Of a stretch of DNA of 64,000 nt, positions 1-12,695 are shown piece by piece. Where the stretch lies: positions 108,562,001 through 108,626,000 of the forward strand of contig OX597823.1 in assembly GCA_951406725.2 (NCBI GenBank), in the 5' to 3' direction. Source of the DNA: Octopus vulgaris (lineage: Eukaryota). Below the pieces are notes generated by a model. It ran no database searches. It saw only the letters and a program-made list of their open reading frames with translations, and was not told the DNA's origin. Each line of letters opens with the position of its first letter. The first letter of the stretch is position 1. Position numbers and translations under genes: made by a program.

Positions 1-213
1 AATAAATGTTGTGGAATGCTGTCCTTATGTAACCTATGTTTTATTGTATAACATATTCATGAACAGAGTGCAGTAGAATTATTCTACTGTGGAGCTAAGT
101 CCCATCTCTAATCAACAGCCAAAGGCTGTTTATAGTGTCACTGGTGAACATTTTTATGTGTTTTGTTATGATACACAATTAAATTTTATGTTTTCCTATC
201 ATTATATAATATT

Positions 214-430
214 CTTTTTCTACTCTAGGCAAAGGGCCTGAAACTTTTGGGGTGGATGCCAGTCGATTAGATTAACTCCAGTACGCAACTGTTACTTAAT
301 TTATTGACCCTGAAAGGATGAAAGGCAAAGTTGAGCTTGGCAGAATTTGAACTCAGAATGTAAAGACAGACGAAATACCGCTAAGCATTTCACCCAGCAT
401 GCTAACGTTTCTGCCAGCTCCACCACCTTA
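214..430 (-). mobile_element. tRNA-derived SINE, family B (central ...ctttgcctttcatcctttcggggtcgataaattaagtacc... domain, Meta/MESC-like)
   Basis: Matches copies at 6940, 8412 and 12479. Flanked by 16-bp TSD atcattata(t a/g)atatt at 198-213 and 431-446 (1 mismatch). The domain name is from recall. Confidence 0.85.
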
Positions 431-473
431 ATCATTATATGATATTATTTATATCACTCATTTGACACAGCAC

Positions 474-1368
<895 letters not shown>

Positions 1369-1369
1369 T

Positions 1370-1459
1370 GTATATATGTCTGTCTGTCTGTTACTCTTTC
1401 TTTCTCTATTTGTCTATCTGTCTTTCTATCAACCTATTAGTTGTCTATCTATCTATTTA

Positions 1460-1508
<49 letters not shown>

Positions 1509-1511
1509 TTA

Positions 1512-1552
<41 letters not shown>

Positions 1553-2006
1553 CTATCTATTTATCTCTCTCTCTCTCTCTCTCTCTCTCCCTCTCTCTCT
1601 ATCTATCTATCCATCCATCAATCCATCCATCCATGTGTAGATTTTTCTCTCCCTTGATCTATCTCTCTAGTCATGCATAATCTCTCTCTCTCTCTCCTTC
1701 TCTCTCATACACTCATTCACTATCTATCTATCGATATATCAGTTTTTGGAAAAAATTCATTTAAATATTTCTATATACCCTAACAACACATATCACACCT
1801 ACCAACCTACAAACTCACTCCGTAAAATTGTAACCAGAAATAGCCTTTAACCAAAACCATAACATGCCCCTCCAGCCACCCCACTCCTCCCCACCCACAC
1901 ACCACCACAATGGTTGTATTTCACATTGTCCTCCTTTCAAACATTTTTCATTTTCCTTGTTTCTACTTCATTGCTTTATTTTCATACAATTTCCATTGTT
2001 CACAAC

Positions 2007-2096
<90 letters not shown>

Positions 2097-2448
2097 TATT
2101 CATTGCAATACGTCAGGTTTTTTTTTTTTCAAAATTTCATTTCCAGTTTCATCAAACTGAATTCACCCCAACTGTTCCTTTTTAGCGAGTAACCCCTACC
2201 CTTATTTCATAATTCTAACCCTCACCCGATCCATTACCCTTACCATTCACATCACTTCGAACAAAAGGATAAAAAAAAATAAATAAAAGTTTTCCACCGT
2301 CTCTTCCTCACTCGCTTAACCCCCCTCTCTCCCACCTCTCTCTCTCTCTCTCTCTTTCTCTCCTCGCTTTGACCATTCCGGGGTAGCAAGTTAATTTTAC
2401 AAACGTTCCCAGGCAATAATGCAAGTCAGCCAACAGTCAAACAGAATC

Positions 2449-2494
<46 letters not shown>

Positions 2495-3270
2495 ATAACA
2501 ACATTGTCATTGCCATCATCATCATCATCATCATCCTCATCGTCATTGGCATCAGTAGTGGAGTTGTTATCGTCCTCTTCATTAACATCCATCTCCACCT
2601 CCTCCTCATCATTATTGTTACCACCACCACCACCAACACCAACAACAACAACAACAATAACACTGCTGCTGCTCTAATCATAATCATTGTCACCATCATC
2701 ATCCTCATCATTACTATCATCTCAGTCATCATTATAATTGCCAACAATGTCGTCATCATGATCACCATCTTCTCCCCCTACTCCCCTCCTCCTTATCCTC
2801 CTCCTCATCATCATCACCAGCTACCTTCTCTTCCTCATTCTCCCTCCTCCTCCCCATCTTCCTCCCCTCCTCTGTATCCTCATCCCCCTCCTTATCCCCC
2901 CTTATCCTCCTCCTCATCATCATCATCATCACCAGCCACCTTCTCTTCCTCTTTTCCCCTCCCACCTCCTCTTCTGCCTCATCATCATTACTCTATACAT
3001 GTTGGACATGCTCAACCTGTAACAATACATAAATTGTTACATGTTCCAGCCTCATCTCCCTCTCCTTTTGCTAAATGTTGTTCTTTTATTTATTGTTATT
3101 ATCAAGGATATTATTATTGTTATTGTTGTTGTTGTCATTTTTGATATTTAGATAATATTAATTGAAAGAACATATATTAAAACAGAAAAATAATTAAAAC
3201 ATAAATAACAATGATGATAATAATTATAACGATGATAATAACGATAGTAACAACAACATCATTAATAATG

Positions 3271-3331
<61 letters not shown>

Positions 3332-3941
3332 TAATAATAATAATGATAATAATAATAATGATAATAATAATAATAACAACAGCAATAATGATCAATATTA
3401 CCATACTTATTACAATTAACACCAACATAAAATATATGAGGATTTTTACCCATTCAAATTTCATGATCCTTTTTCATGGGACAGAGAAGGTATAAAATAA
3501 AAGAAATTGAACAAAAATAAAATAAATAAATAAATAAAGAAAGAAATGAAATTAAAAAATAAATGTATCAACAAAAGAGATATTCTACCCTGAAAAAATG
3601 AAAGTATTGTAACAAAAAATGTAAAGCAAAAATATATATATACATATATATATAAAAAGGAATTTTAAAAAGCAAAATAGAAAGCAAAAAAGATATTAAC
3701 AGTTACAAAGAAAAGTTTTTTCAAGAGAGAAAGAAAGAGAGGAAGAGACAATGAGAGCGAGAGAGAGAAACAGAGAGATTAAACATGCGAAAGTGAAAGT
3801 GAAAGTAATAAATAAAATGAAAAGAAAGTATTGATTAAGCCGGAAAATAAAATATAACAACAACAACAACAATCTCTTCAACAAAGGCATACAATATGAG
3901 AACAACAACTTGAATATCTAGATTAACTTTCAATGCATGCA

Positions 3942-3991
<50 letters not shown>

Positions 3992-4290
3992 TATATATAT
4001 ATATATGGATGGATGGATGTATATTTGTGTGTATATATATATATGGATGTATATGGTATTTTAAATAATTAATAAAACAACAACCAGAAGTACAAGAACA
4101 AAAAAAAAATTCAATAGTAACAACATCAACAACAGCAACAGCTGCAACAATAGCAATTAGAACACACATTGAAATTAATACAGTAATGAGAATATTGACA
4201 AAAATCAATATAAACACACACGTACATACACACACATTCACGTGTGTTTGTGTGTTAGGAATTGAAATAATTAAGAACAACTACGACACG

Positions 4291-4321
<31 letters not shown>

Positions 4322-6240
4322 ACAATACAAGAACAACAGAAACAACATCAGCACCATGAAACACTGCTGTTAATGCCAACAAATTGAACACTAAAATTAA
4401 CACAATAGAAATATGGTTTTTTGGTTGAGTATTTTTTCAAAAATATTAACTTTAACAAAAAAAAAGAAAATAATTTAAAAGAAATTGGTATAACAACTAC
4501 TAAATAATAATAAACAACGAAAATTTTTAAAAAAGAGTAAAAAGTGCATCAACAACAGAATAATATAGTAGATACACTACTAAACTTAATATAGCAACAA
4601 TATACAGTTTTTGAACAAAAATGGATATTTTTTGTGCTTCTTTTCATTTTTTCATATTTTTAAAATGAATTTATAGAAAATTGAAATAACTAAACAAAAA
4701 TAACAATTTTGACAAAAAGGATAAAAAAAAGTAAGGAAATGATGAAAGTAATAATAAAGACGAAAATAAACCAATGAGATTATATACTATATTAATTAAC
4801 AAAAAATAATTACAATAACAAAACATACTTAAATAAAAAAAATGAAAATAATTATATAAAAACACATAAATAAAATATCAAAAATAAATGTTTTTTTCTT
4901 TTTAAATTTGTAATAACAATACCATAACATGAACTTCAACATGACATATCACCACTACAATCACTACTACCAGTACTACTACTGATACTTCTACTCAAAA
5001 CATAACAATGACGCTAACAACGACAATGTGAAACAGATAAAGTTTTTTTAAAAAAGATAAAATGCCTGAAAGTATTATGGGTGGGGTGGGGCGGGGTGGA
5101 ATGGTTGAAATTAAATACTGAAACTGAACTTAAACTATCATCATCATCATCATCGTCATTGTTATCGTCATTGTCTCCATCATCATCATCATCATCATCC
5201 TCATCATCATCATTGTTGTTGTTGTCATCATCCATTGTCATCATCATTATTCGTCCTCATCATCGTCATCGTTATCCTCATCATCATTGTCATTGTCACC
5301 CTACTCATCCTTCTCCTCCTTCTCCTCCCCTTCTTCTACCCCTTCCCCTCCTTCTCCTCCTCCTCCTCATTCTCCTTCTCTTCATCATCATCATCACTAT
5401 CACCATTATTATCATAACTGCCACTACCACCACTGCCACCACCATCACCACCACTACCACTGCCTCCACCACCACCACCTTCACCACCACCACCACCACC
5501 ACCACCACCACCACCACCACCACCACCACCACTGCCTGCCACTATCATCCATTTTCCACATCACCAGTGCCATTACATGTAAAACTACCACTACTAACAC
5601 TAGCATCACCACCACCACCACCACCACCACCAATACTAACATCACCACAACTAGTAGTACAATAACTTTGACCACAACCATGACCTTCATCAGCACTACC
5701 ATCTGAACCAATACCACCACCACCACCACCACCACCACTACCACCACCACCATAAAGGCAATGATAATTATAGCTAAAAAAATTATAAAATTTTAAAAAG
5801 GTCTATGGATCTCATTTAACAACAACATAACAACAATTGCTGCACTAATAGCACAACAACAACAACAATACTATTCGTTCAAAACAAGGGTAATAGCAAC
5901 AATAAACACCACCACTACCACCACCACCATCACCACCACCACAACCGAAGCAATAACACGACTGACCTTTACAACAACAACAATAACAGTTTAAATATAA
6001 CAATGCCCTGTTCTGGCTTTCTCTCATACACTAAATTAATGTAACTTAAAACATGAACTATATTCAACAACAACAACAACAACAACAACAGCAGCAGCAG
6101 CAGCAGCAGCAGTAGTAGCAGCAATAACAACAGCAACAACAACAAGAGTTTAATTAAGTCTAAGAATGGAAAACTATAAATCTATTGTCTGAAAACTAAA
6201 GTGTTAAATCTATTAATGGAGGGAAAGGAAAAGGTGAAGT
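1370..6240. repeat. Compound low-complexity block: (TCTA)n, (CT)n, (TAT)n(TAG)n, (CAT)n, (CCT)n, (AAT)n, (CAC)n, (CAA/CAG)n
   Basis: Directly visible simple repeats; they account for the homopolymeric ORFs in the track. Confidence 0.95.
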
Positions 6241-6262
6241 TTTATGTATGTGTATATGTGTG

Positions 6263-6295
<33 letters not shown>

Positions 6296-6298
<3 letters not shown>

Positions 6299-6545
6299 AG
6301 GACTATGAATGTGTATATGTGTGCTTGTGTGTGTGTGTGTGTGTTTTAGGACTATGAATGTGTATATGTGTGCATGTGTGTGTGTGTGTGTGTGTGCTTT
6401 AGGACTATGAATGTGTATATGTGTGCATGTGTGTGTGTGTGTGCATGTGCTTTAGGACTATGAATGTGTATATGTGTGCATGTGTGTGTGTGTGTGTGTG
6501 CATGTGTGTATTTTAGGACTATGAATGTGTATATGTGTATGCATG
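6296..6545. repeat. Compound minisatellite: 5 copies of ttaggactatgaatgtgtatatgtgt separated by variable (TG)n
   Basis: Constant motif at about 6297, 6346, 6399, 6452 and 6513. Confidence 0.9.
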
Positions 6546-6939
6546 TTTAGGTACATGCGCATGTGTATATGTGTGTAGATATAATTGCATGTTGTATGTG
6601 TGTTTGTACTATAATGTCAACCCCCCCATACACACATACACACACACATGCGTGCACACATGTATGTATGCAAACACACACACATATGTGTGTGTATATG
6701 CATTTATGAATATATATAATTTTATTTAAATTTCCTTTTAATGTTGAGTTTTGCATGCTTGAATGGATCAGACAGTGTTTATTGAAGCAGATTCTCTACA
6801 GCTGGATGCCCTTCATGTTGCTAACCTTCATCTATATCCAAGCAAGGTTTTTTTTTTCCCAATAGCTAGGTATGGTCTTGCAATATATTGTAAATGGACA
6901 ACACTGCTTGTGTGACAGTAACACTCATTTACAATTATC

Positions 6940-7358
6940 GGTGAGCTGGCAGAAACGTTAGCACACCGGGCAAAATGCTTAGTGGCATTTCGTCTGCCGT
7001 TACGTTCTGAGTTCAAATTCCGCTGAGGTTAACTTTGCCTTTCATCCTTTCGGGGTCGATAAATTAAGTACCAGTTAGGGTTAGGGTGAGGGATAGATGT
7101 AACCGACTTAATCCGTTTGTCTGTCCTTGTTTGTCCCCTCTGTGTTTAGCCCCTTGTGGGTAGTAAAGAAATAGGTATTTTGTCTGCTGTTACGTTCTGA
7201 GTTCAAATTCTGCCAAGGTCGATTTTGTCTTTCATCCTTTCGGGGTCAATAAATTAAGTACCAGTTACGCACTGGAGTCGATGTAACCGACTTAATCCCT
7301 TTGTCTGTCCTTGTTTGTCCCCTCTGTGTTTAGCCCCTTGTGGGCAATAAAGAAATAA
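6940..7358 (+). mobile_element. SINE family B, head-to-tail partial dimer
   Basis: Full unit 6940-7172 followed by a 5'-truncated unit 7173-7358. Shared 22-bp TSD gtaacactcat(t/a)tac(a/t)attatc at 6918-6939 and 7359-7380. Confidence 0.88.
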
Positions 7359-7643
7359 GTAACACTCATATACTATTATCACACAATGTCAAGACAAAGA
7401 GATATAATTACACACACACATATACAACAGGCTTCTTTCAGTTTTCCTCAACCAAATCCACTCACAAGTTTTTGGTTGGTTGTAGTCTACTTGCTCATTG
7501 TGCCATACAATAGAATTGCACCCATAACCATGTGTTTAAGAAGTAAGATTCTTACCACACTGCCACACCTTCACCTAGCAAGGTATGGGTCTTGAATAAA
7601 GAAAGTGAACATAACATAGGTGCAGGAGTGGCTGTATGGTTAT

Positions 7644-8008
7644 AGGCACAGGAGTGGCTGTGTGGTAAGTAGCTTGCTTACCAACCACATGGTTCTGGGT
7701 TCAGTCCCACTGCATGGCACTTTGGGCAAATGTCTTCTACTTGAGCCGATCAAAGCCTTGTGAATAGATTTGGTAGAGGGAAACTGAAAGAAGCCCGTCG
7801 TATATATGCGTGCTTGTGTGTCTGTGTCTGTCCCCCCAACATTGCTTGACAATCGATGCTGGGTGTGTTTACGTCCCTGTAACTTAGTGGTTTAGCAAAA
7901 GAGACCAATAAAATAAGTACTAGGCTTTAAAAAAGTAAGTCCTGGGGTCGATTTGTTCGACTAAATGCAGTGCTCCAGTATGGCCACAGTCAAATGAGTG
8001 AAACAAGT
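7644..8008 (+). mobile_element. SINE family A, near full length
   Basis: tRNA-like head ggcacaggagtggctgtgtggtaag...ggttcagtccc, CORE-like ttgggcaa.tgtctt, and the family 3' tail. Confidence 0.9.
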
Positions 8009-8011
8009 ACA

Positions 8012-8345
8012 TCTGCTGGATGTAATGCCAGGAAGCATGAATGATGGAGCACAAATGAGCCGAGAGGAGAAGACTGGATACAAAAGGAAAATAAGAAGAA
8101 GCTGAGCTTGTCTGGGTTTGTGATGTGTATGAAGGGTAACAGATGGGTAAAGAAGTACATGGTGTTCAGAGTGGATTGAACCTGGGGAAGAAAGAGATCT
8201 AGGAAGACAAGGGACAAAGTGGTGATAGCTGACATCAGGATGTGGGCCCCTATGAAACAGATGACAAAAAAATCACAATGATAAGTGACAACTGGTGCTG
8301 AAAAAACTCACCCACTCAAGCAAGCATATTGAAACAATCATTAAA
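8012..8345 (+). mobile_element. Degenerate RTE LINE ORF C-terminal remnant
   Basis: Broken frames read ..VMCMKGNRWVKK..FRVD..WGRKRSRKTRDKVVIADIR, resembling the RTE C-terminus GHVMRM..WVKKC..RGRPRKTW..VV..D. Confidence 0.6.
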
Positions 8346-8411
8346 ATCATTAAAATGGTTATAGTAATGGAGATTGGGCAATTTAATATCTATGTTTGTG
8401 TCTCTCATGTA

Positions 8412-8647
8412 CCTATTTCTTTACTACCCATGAGGAGCTAAACACAGAAGGGACAAACAAGGACAGACAAACGGATTAAGTCGATTACATCGACCCCAGT
8501 GCGTAACTGGTACTTAATTTATCGACCCCGAAAGGATGAAAGGCAAAGTTGACCTCGGCTGAATTTGAACTCAGAACGTAATGGCAGACAAAATACCACT
8601 AAGCATTTCGCCTGGTGTGCTAACGATTCTGCCAGCTCACTGCCTTA
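8412..8647 (-). mobile_element. SINE family B
   Basis: Reverse complement of the 6940 unit. 14-bp TSD gtctctcatgtacc at 8400-8413 and 8652-8665. Confidence 0.88.
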
Positions 8648-9317
8648 CATGGTCTCTCATGTACCATGCACCTATTCAAGCTCCATCTGTTGGTCACCTA
8701 TCTCTTGATACCCTCTCATCTCTATCATTCATTTCTTCTACCACTCATCTCTTTATCAGTCATTTGTCTACCACTCAGCTCTATTTCAGTCACCAATCAG
8801 TCTCCCCTCTGTTTACTGCTCCATTCCTATGCCACTTGTGTAAAAAGAGATGTCTCTGGACCTGTCTATAGCCAATACTATCTCCACACAATCAGTCTGA
8901 CTCTACTACCTCTTTCTTTCTCTCTCTCTCTCTCAACAAGGTATGGGAGGTTACAGTAGATTGGCTTGGATCTGATACACTCTATCATCACTTCTCTTGA
9001 GAACTACCAACCATCACTCCTCAGTCACTTCCTTTTCCTCCATGCCACTCATTGACACTCATCAATCATTTCCCTAACATTGCTCATCTCTTTACTGTCC
9101 GTCAATTTCTCCTTCACCAGTAAACATGTGAGTACCATCACTGTTTCCAGGGATTCTTTTTTATTATTGCCTTTCTTCTATTACTCCCTCCTCCACCTTG
9201 CTCACATCCCAACTGCTCTTTTTCTCCCATTAAACTCTTTCTTTCTTCATTCACTCAGTCTGGGTTACTTTCTCTTCTATTCACCATGTTGCTTTGATTA
9301 AACAGACACCAGTTGAC

Positions 9318-9700
9318 CAGTACTTACTTGTACTTGTACTTGTGGCAACATTCGCCCTGGGCGGGTTGAGTCAGCTTCTTCTACTCATGGAAGAAGTTTC
9401 GTGGAAATATGTGGATTTCACAAGCGGTCCCCAACAATCCCGCATGTGGAGACATCCTGTTTGCCACAGATTGTCCGCAGACGCAGGGACAGAACGACCG
9501 AGGTGCTACCGGTTGCTGAAGCAGACACTCCGAGGATTTTCGCCAGAGCCCCATCTGCCAGGTTGTGGCCCTAATACCACTCGGTGTCAGGCCAATCCGC
9601 CTTGGGTGGCCCTACTAGGAACCGAAGTTCCCGACGGCATAGCTCTGACACTACCTGTTGCCAGCATCCTCACCACAGTGAGGAGGGGATGAACTTTGAG
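9318..9700 (-). mobile_element. 3' end of a LINE (RTE/BovB-like) with (CAAGTA)n tail
   Basis: GC-rich island. The minus strand ends ...ccacaagtacaagtacaagtaagta and contains a Cys/His-rich remnant (C.CG..SPHAGL). Confidence 0.5.
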
Positions 9701-10167
9701 CAGTGAGGGTTCTTTAACCTTGTGATGGTTGTTAGCATAGTCGTTAGCCTTTTAGAAGATATATTTTCTCCAACCTTCTAAGCTCTGAGTTCAAATCCCA
9801 CAAAAACTAACTTTGCCTTTCACCCTTTTGAGATTAATAAAAAAGAAGGCTGCTAATCCAGGGTCATGGATTGACAGGATTGGCAGCTTTGTGGTATTTG
9901 CTCCAGGACTGTGTGTTCTGAGTTCAAATCCTGCCATAGCCTACATGGGTGGTAGAGTTAATATTTTGCTTAGTTTAATACCCTCACCTGACATCTCAGG
10001 TGCCTTTAGCAGAGGAGTCAACTATGTTGCAAGCTTTTAAGTCAGACCCCTAGTTCGGGGATACTGTCTTCTGTCCTTCCCCACTAGTCTTGGAGATCTT
10101 AGAAAAAGTCATTAGCCCCCACCTACCCTCTTGACTTCAAGATGAAAAAACAACTCGCCGGTGCTGG

Positions 10168-10546
10168 ACGAGCGGTCTTCGTCCCAGAGCTTGCAAGATC
10201 GCGCCTCTGTAGTGGGAGAAGTCCAAAACGTGGTCCTTTGCTATTCATAAGACCCACAAGAGAGAAAGCAGGTCAATCCCCGACACCGAGAGCATCGACG
10301 GATGGATGGATGCGCATCCAGGCTCAGCAGTTGCGTAGGAAGTCGGGGACAAGAAACAGGAAGAAAGAATGAGAGAAAGTTGGGGCGAAAGAGTACAACA
10401 GGGGTCACCACCACTCCTTGCCGGGACCTCATGGAGCCTTAGGTGTTTTCGCTCAATAAACACACACAACGCCCGGTCTGGGAATCAAAACCGTGATCCT
10501 CCGACTGTGAGTCCGCTGCCCTAACCACTGGGCCATTGTGCCTCCA
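10168..10546 (-). mobile_element. SINE family C, tail type 1
   Basis: Head ggaggcacaatggcccagtggttagggcagcggac with A/B-box-like motifs. Same body as 11581 and 32160. TSD gccggtgctgg at 10157-10167 and 10549-10559. Confidence 0.88.
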
Positions 10547-10559
10547 CTGCCGGTGCTGG

Positions 10560-10856
10560 TGCTGATACTGGTGCCTTTATAAAATGGATCCAGTATATTC
10601 CGTAAAGTGGTTAGTGTTAGGAAGAGCATTCAGCCATAGAAACCTTGCGAAAGATTGAAATGCTTGAGTGAGATGTGTTCCCTTGAGTTATCTTGGAGGA
10701 TAGTGAATCGAAATGAGAGCTGATATGTATGGACTGGGATAACCTATTCAGCCCATGCTAGAATGGAAAGCAGGCATAACAACCTGATGATGATGATGAT
10801 GACGATGATGAAGATGATGATGATGATGATGATAATGATAATGATGATAATGATGA

Positions 10857-10895
<39 letters not shown>

Positions 10896-11070
10896 AATGA
10901 TGATAATGATGAGATGATGATGGTGATGATGATGACGACGACAACGATGACGATGATGATGATGACGATGATGATGATGATAATGATGATGATGATGATG
11001 ACGATGATGATGATGTGAAGATCATGATCATGATCATGATCATGATGACGACGACGACGATGATGATGTG
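10560..11070 (+). mobile_element. Degenerate RTE-associated 3' repeat (family F) with a greatly expanded (GAT)n tail
   Basis: gtggttagtgttaggaagagcattcagc...cccatgctagaatggaaagc followed by about 285 bp of (GAT/GAC)n. Confidence 0.65.
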
Positions 11071-11580
11071 AAGAAAGGGGCAGGAAGGGGAGGAGGTGGA
11101 GGAAGAGGATGTATATATTGGTGTGTGGTGAAGCCTGTCTTCATATTCTTTTTCTTTTATTGCTACACAAAATTCAGTTTAAAAATAAGCTGAAATTCAA
11201 ATAATTCCAGAGAAAAAGAGAAATCCACAAAAGAAAAAAAAAAAGAAAAAGAAAAAAATGAAACAAACATAAAAATACAAACCAAATATAAAAAAAAATG
11301 AACCAAACAGTTACAGTTTGTGTTATTGTTGTTGTAATTGTTACCGGTTATATTATTATTATTATTGTTGTTGTTGTTGTGGTGGTTTTGTAATGAATTT
11401 TCTTTGTTATTCGGTTTGAGTCAAATGAAAGATTTTTATTGAATGAACTGTGGTGGTGGTGATGGTGGTGGTGGGAGGAGAGGAGTTTGGTACAGAAGCA
11501 ACAGCAAAAATAACTGCAGCAGCAGCAGCAGCAGCAACAGGAGTAATAACAGTAAGTACCGTAGCAGCAACAACAACAGT

Positions 11581-11960
11581 GGAGGCACAATGGTCCAGTG
11601 GTTAGGGCAGTGAACTTGCGGTCATAAGAACGCGGTTTCGATTTCCAGACTGGGCATTGTGTGTGTTTATTGAGCGAAAAGTACCTAAAGCTCCACGAGG
11701 CCCTGGCAGGGGTTGGTGGTGACCCCTGCTGTACTCTTTCGCTCCAACTTTCTCTCACTCTTTCTTCCTGCTTCCTGTCCCCGACTTCATATGCAACCGT
11801 TGAGCCTGGATGCGCATTCATCCATCCGTCGATGCTCTTGGTGTCGAGGGTTGACCTGCTTTCTCTTCTGCAGGTCTTACGAATAGCAAAGCACCACGTT
11901 TCAGACTCATCCCATCTTGCGAGCTCTGGGACGAAGACCGTTTGCTCAACAGCAACATCA
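11581..11960 (+). mobile_element. SINE family C, tail type 1
   Basis: Full head and body ending in a (CAA/CAG) tail. Flanked by a ~47-bp direct repeat. Confidence 0.88.
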
Positions 11961-12010
11961 GCAACAGGAGTAATAACAGTAAGTACTGTAGCAGCAACAA
12001 CAACAGTGTA

Positions 12011-12200
12011 GAGGCACAATGGCCCAGTGGTTAGGGCAGCGGACTCGTGGTCGTAAGAACATGGTTTCAATTCCCAGACCGGGCATTGTGAGTGTTTATT
12101 GAGCAAAAACACCTAAGCTCCTCGAGGCTCCGGCGGGGGTGGGGAACCACACTGTACTCTTTCACCACAACTTTCTCTCCCTCTTTCTTCCTTCTTCTGC
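12011..12200 (+). mobile_element. SINE family C, 3'-truncated
   Basis: Head and first half of the body only. Confidence 0.85.
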
Positions 12201-12478
12201 CACAAAGCAGAGGAAGCATGGTGTAACCCACTATGGTGTGGTAAACTTTCAGACCCTAGTCTAGAATGCGAATCCTCTGTACCCCAGGATGGTTCAGCTC
12301 CCCACTCGTTAAAAGCCACCATGTACGGAATGAAGATAACAACGTATCTTTTACCCAATTTTTTAGTGTAGTGTTATGCCTTTTAAGGAGAAGATTTATA
12401 TTTCATTCTTTTATTTGTTGTTTTAGCCTTAATTATTCATTGAATAACTACTCTTACACATCATATATAGCATTATTT

Positions 12479-12695
12479 AATTTTTTTTCTACTCTAGGCA
12501 CGAGGCCTGAAATTTAGTGGGAGGGGGCCAGTTGATTAGATCGACCCCAATACGCAACTGGGGCTTAATTTATTGACCCGAAAGGATGAAAGGCTAAGTC
12601 AACCTCGACGGAATTTGAACTCAGAATGTAAAGACAGACAAAATACCGCTAAGAATTTCGCCCGGCGTGCTAACGATTCTGCCAGCTCACTGCCT
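12479..12695 (-). mobile_element. SINE family B
   Basis: 15-bp TSD tatatagcattattt at 12464-12478 and 12696-12710. Confidence 0.88.

Noticed and set aside
5079-5099. G-quadruplex-like gggtggggtggggcgggg
   Set aside because: A single motif in low-complexity DNA with no functional context.
6296-6545. CRISPR-like repeat/spacer pattern
   Set aside because: The spacers are only (TG)n microsatellite.
11581-11660. tRNA genes at SINE heads (also 7644, 27184, 58900 and others)
   Set aside because: They have A/B-box-like motifs but continue into SINE bodies and lack a clean cloverleaf; they are tRNA-derived heads.
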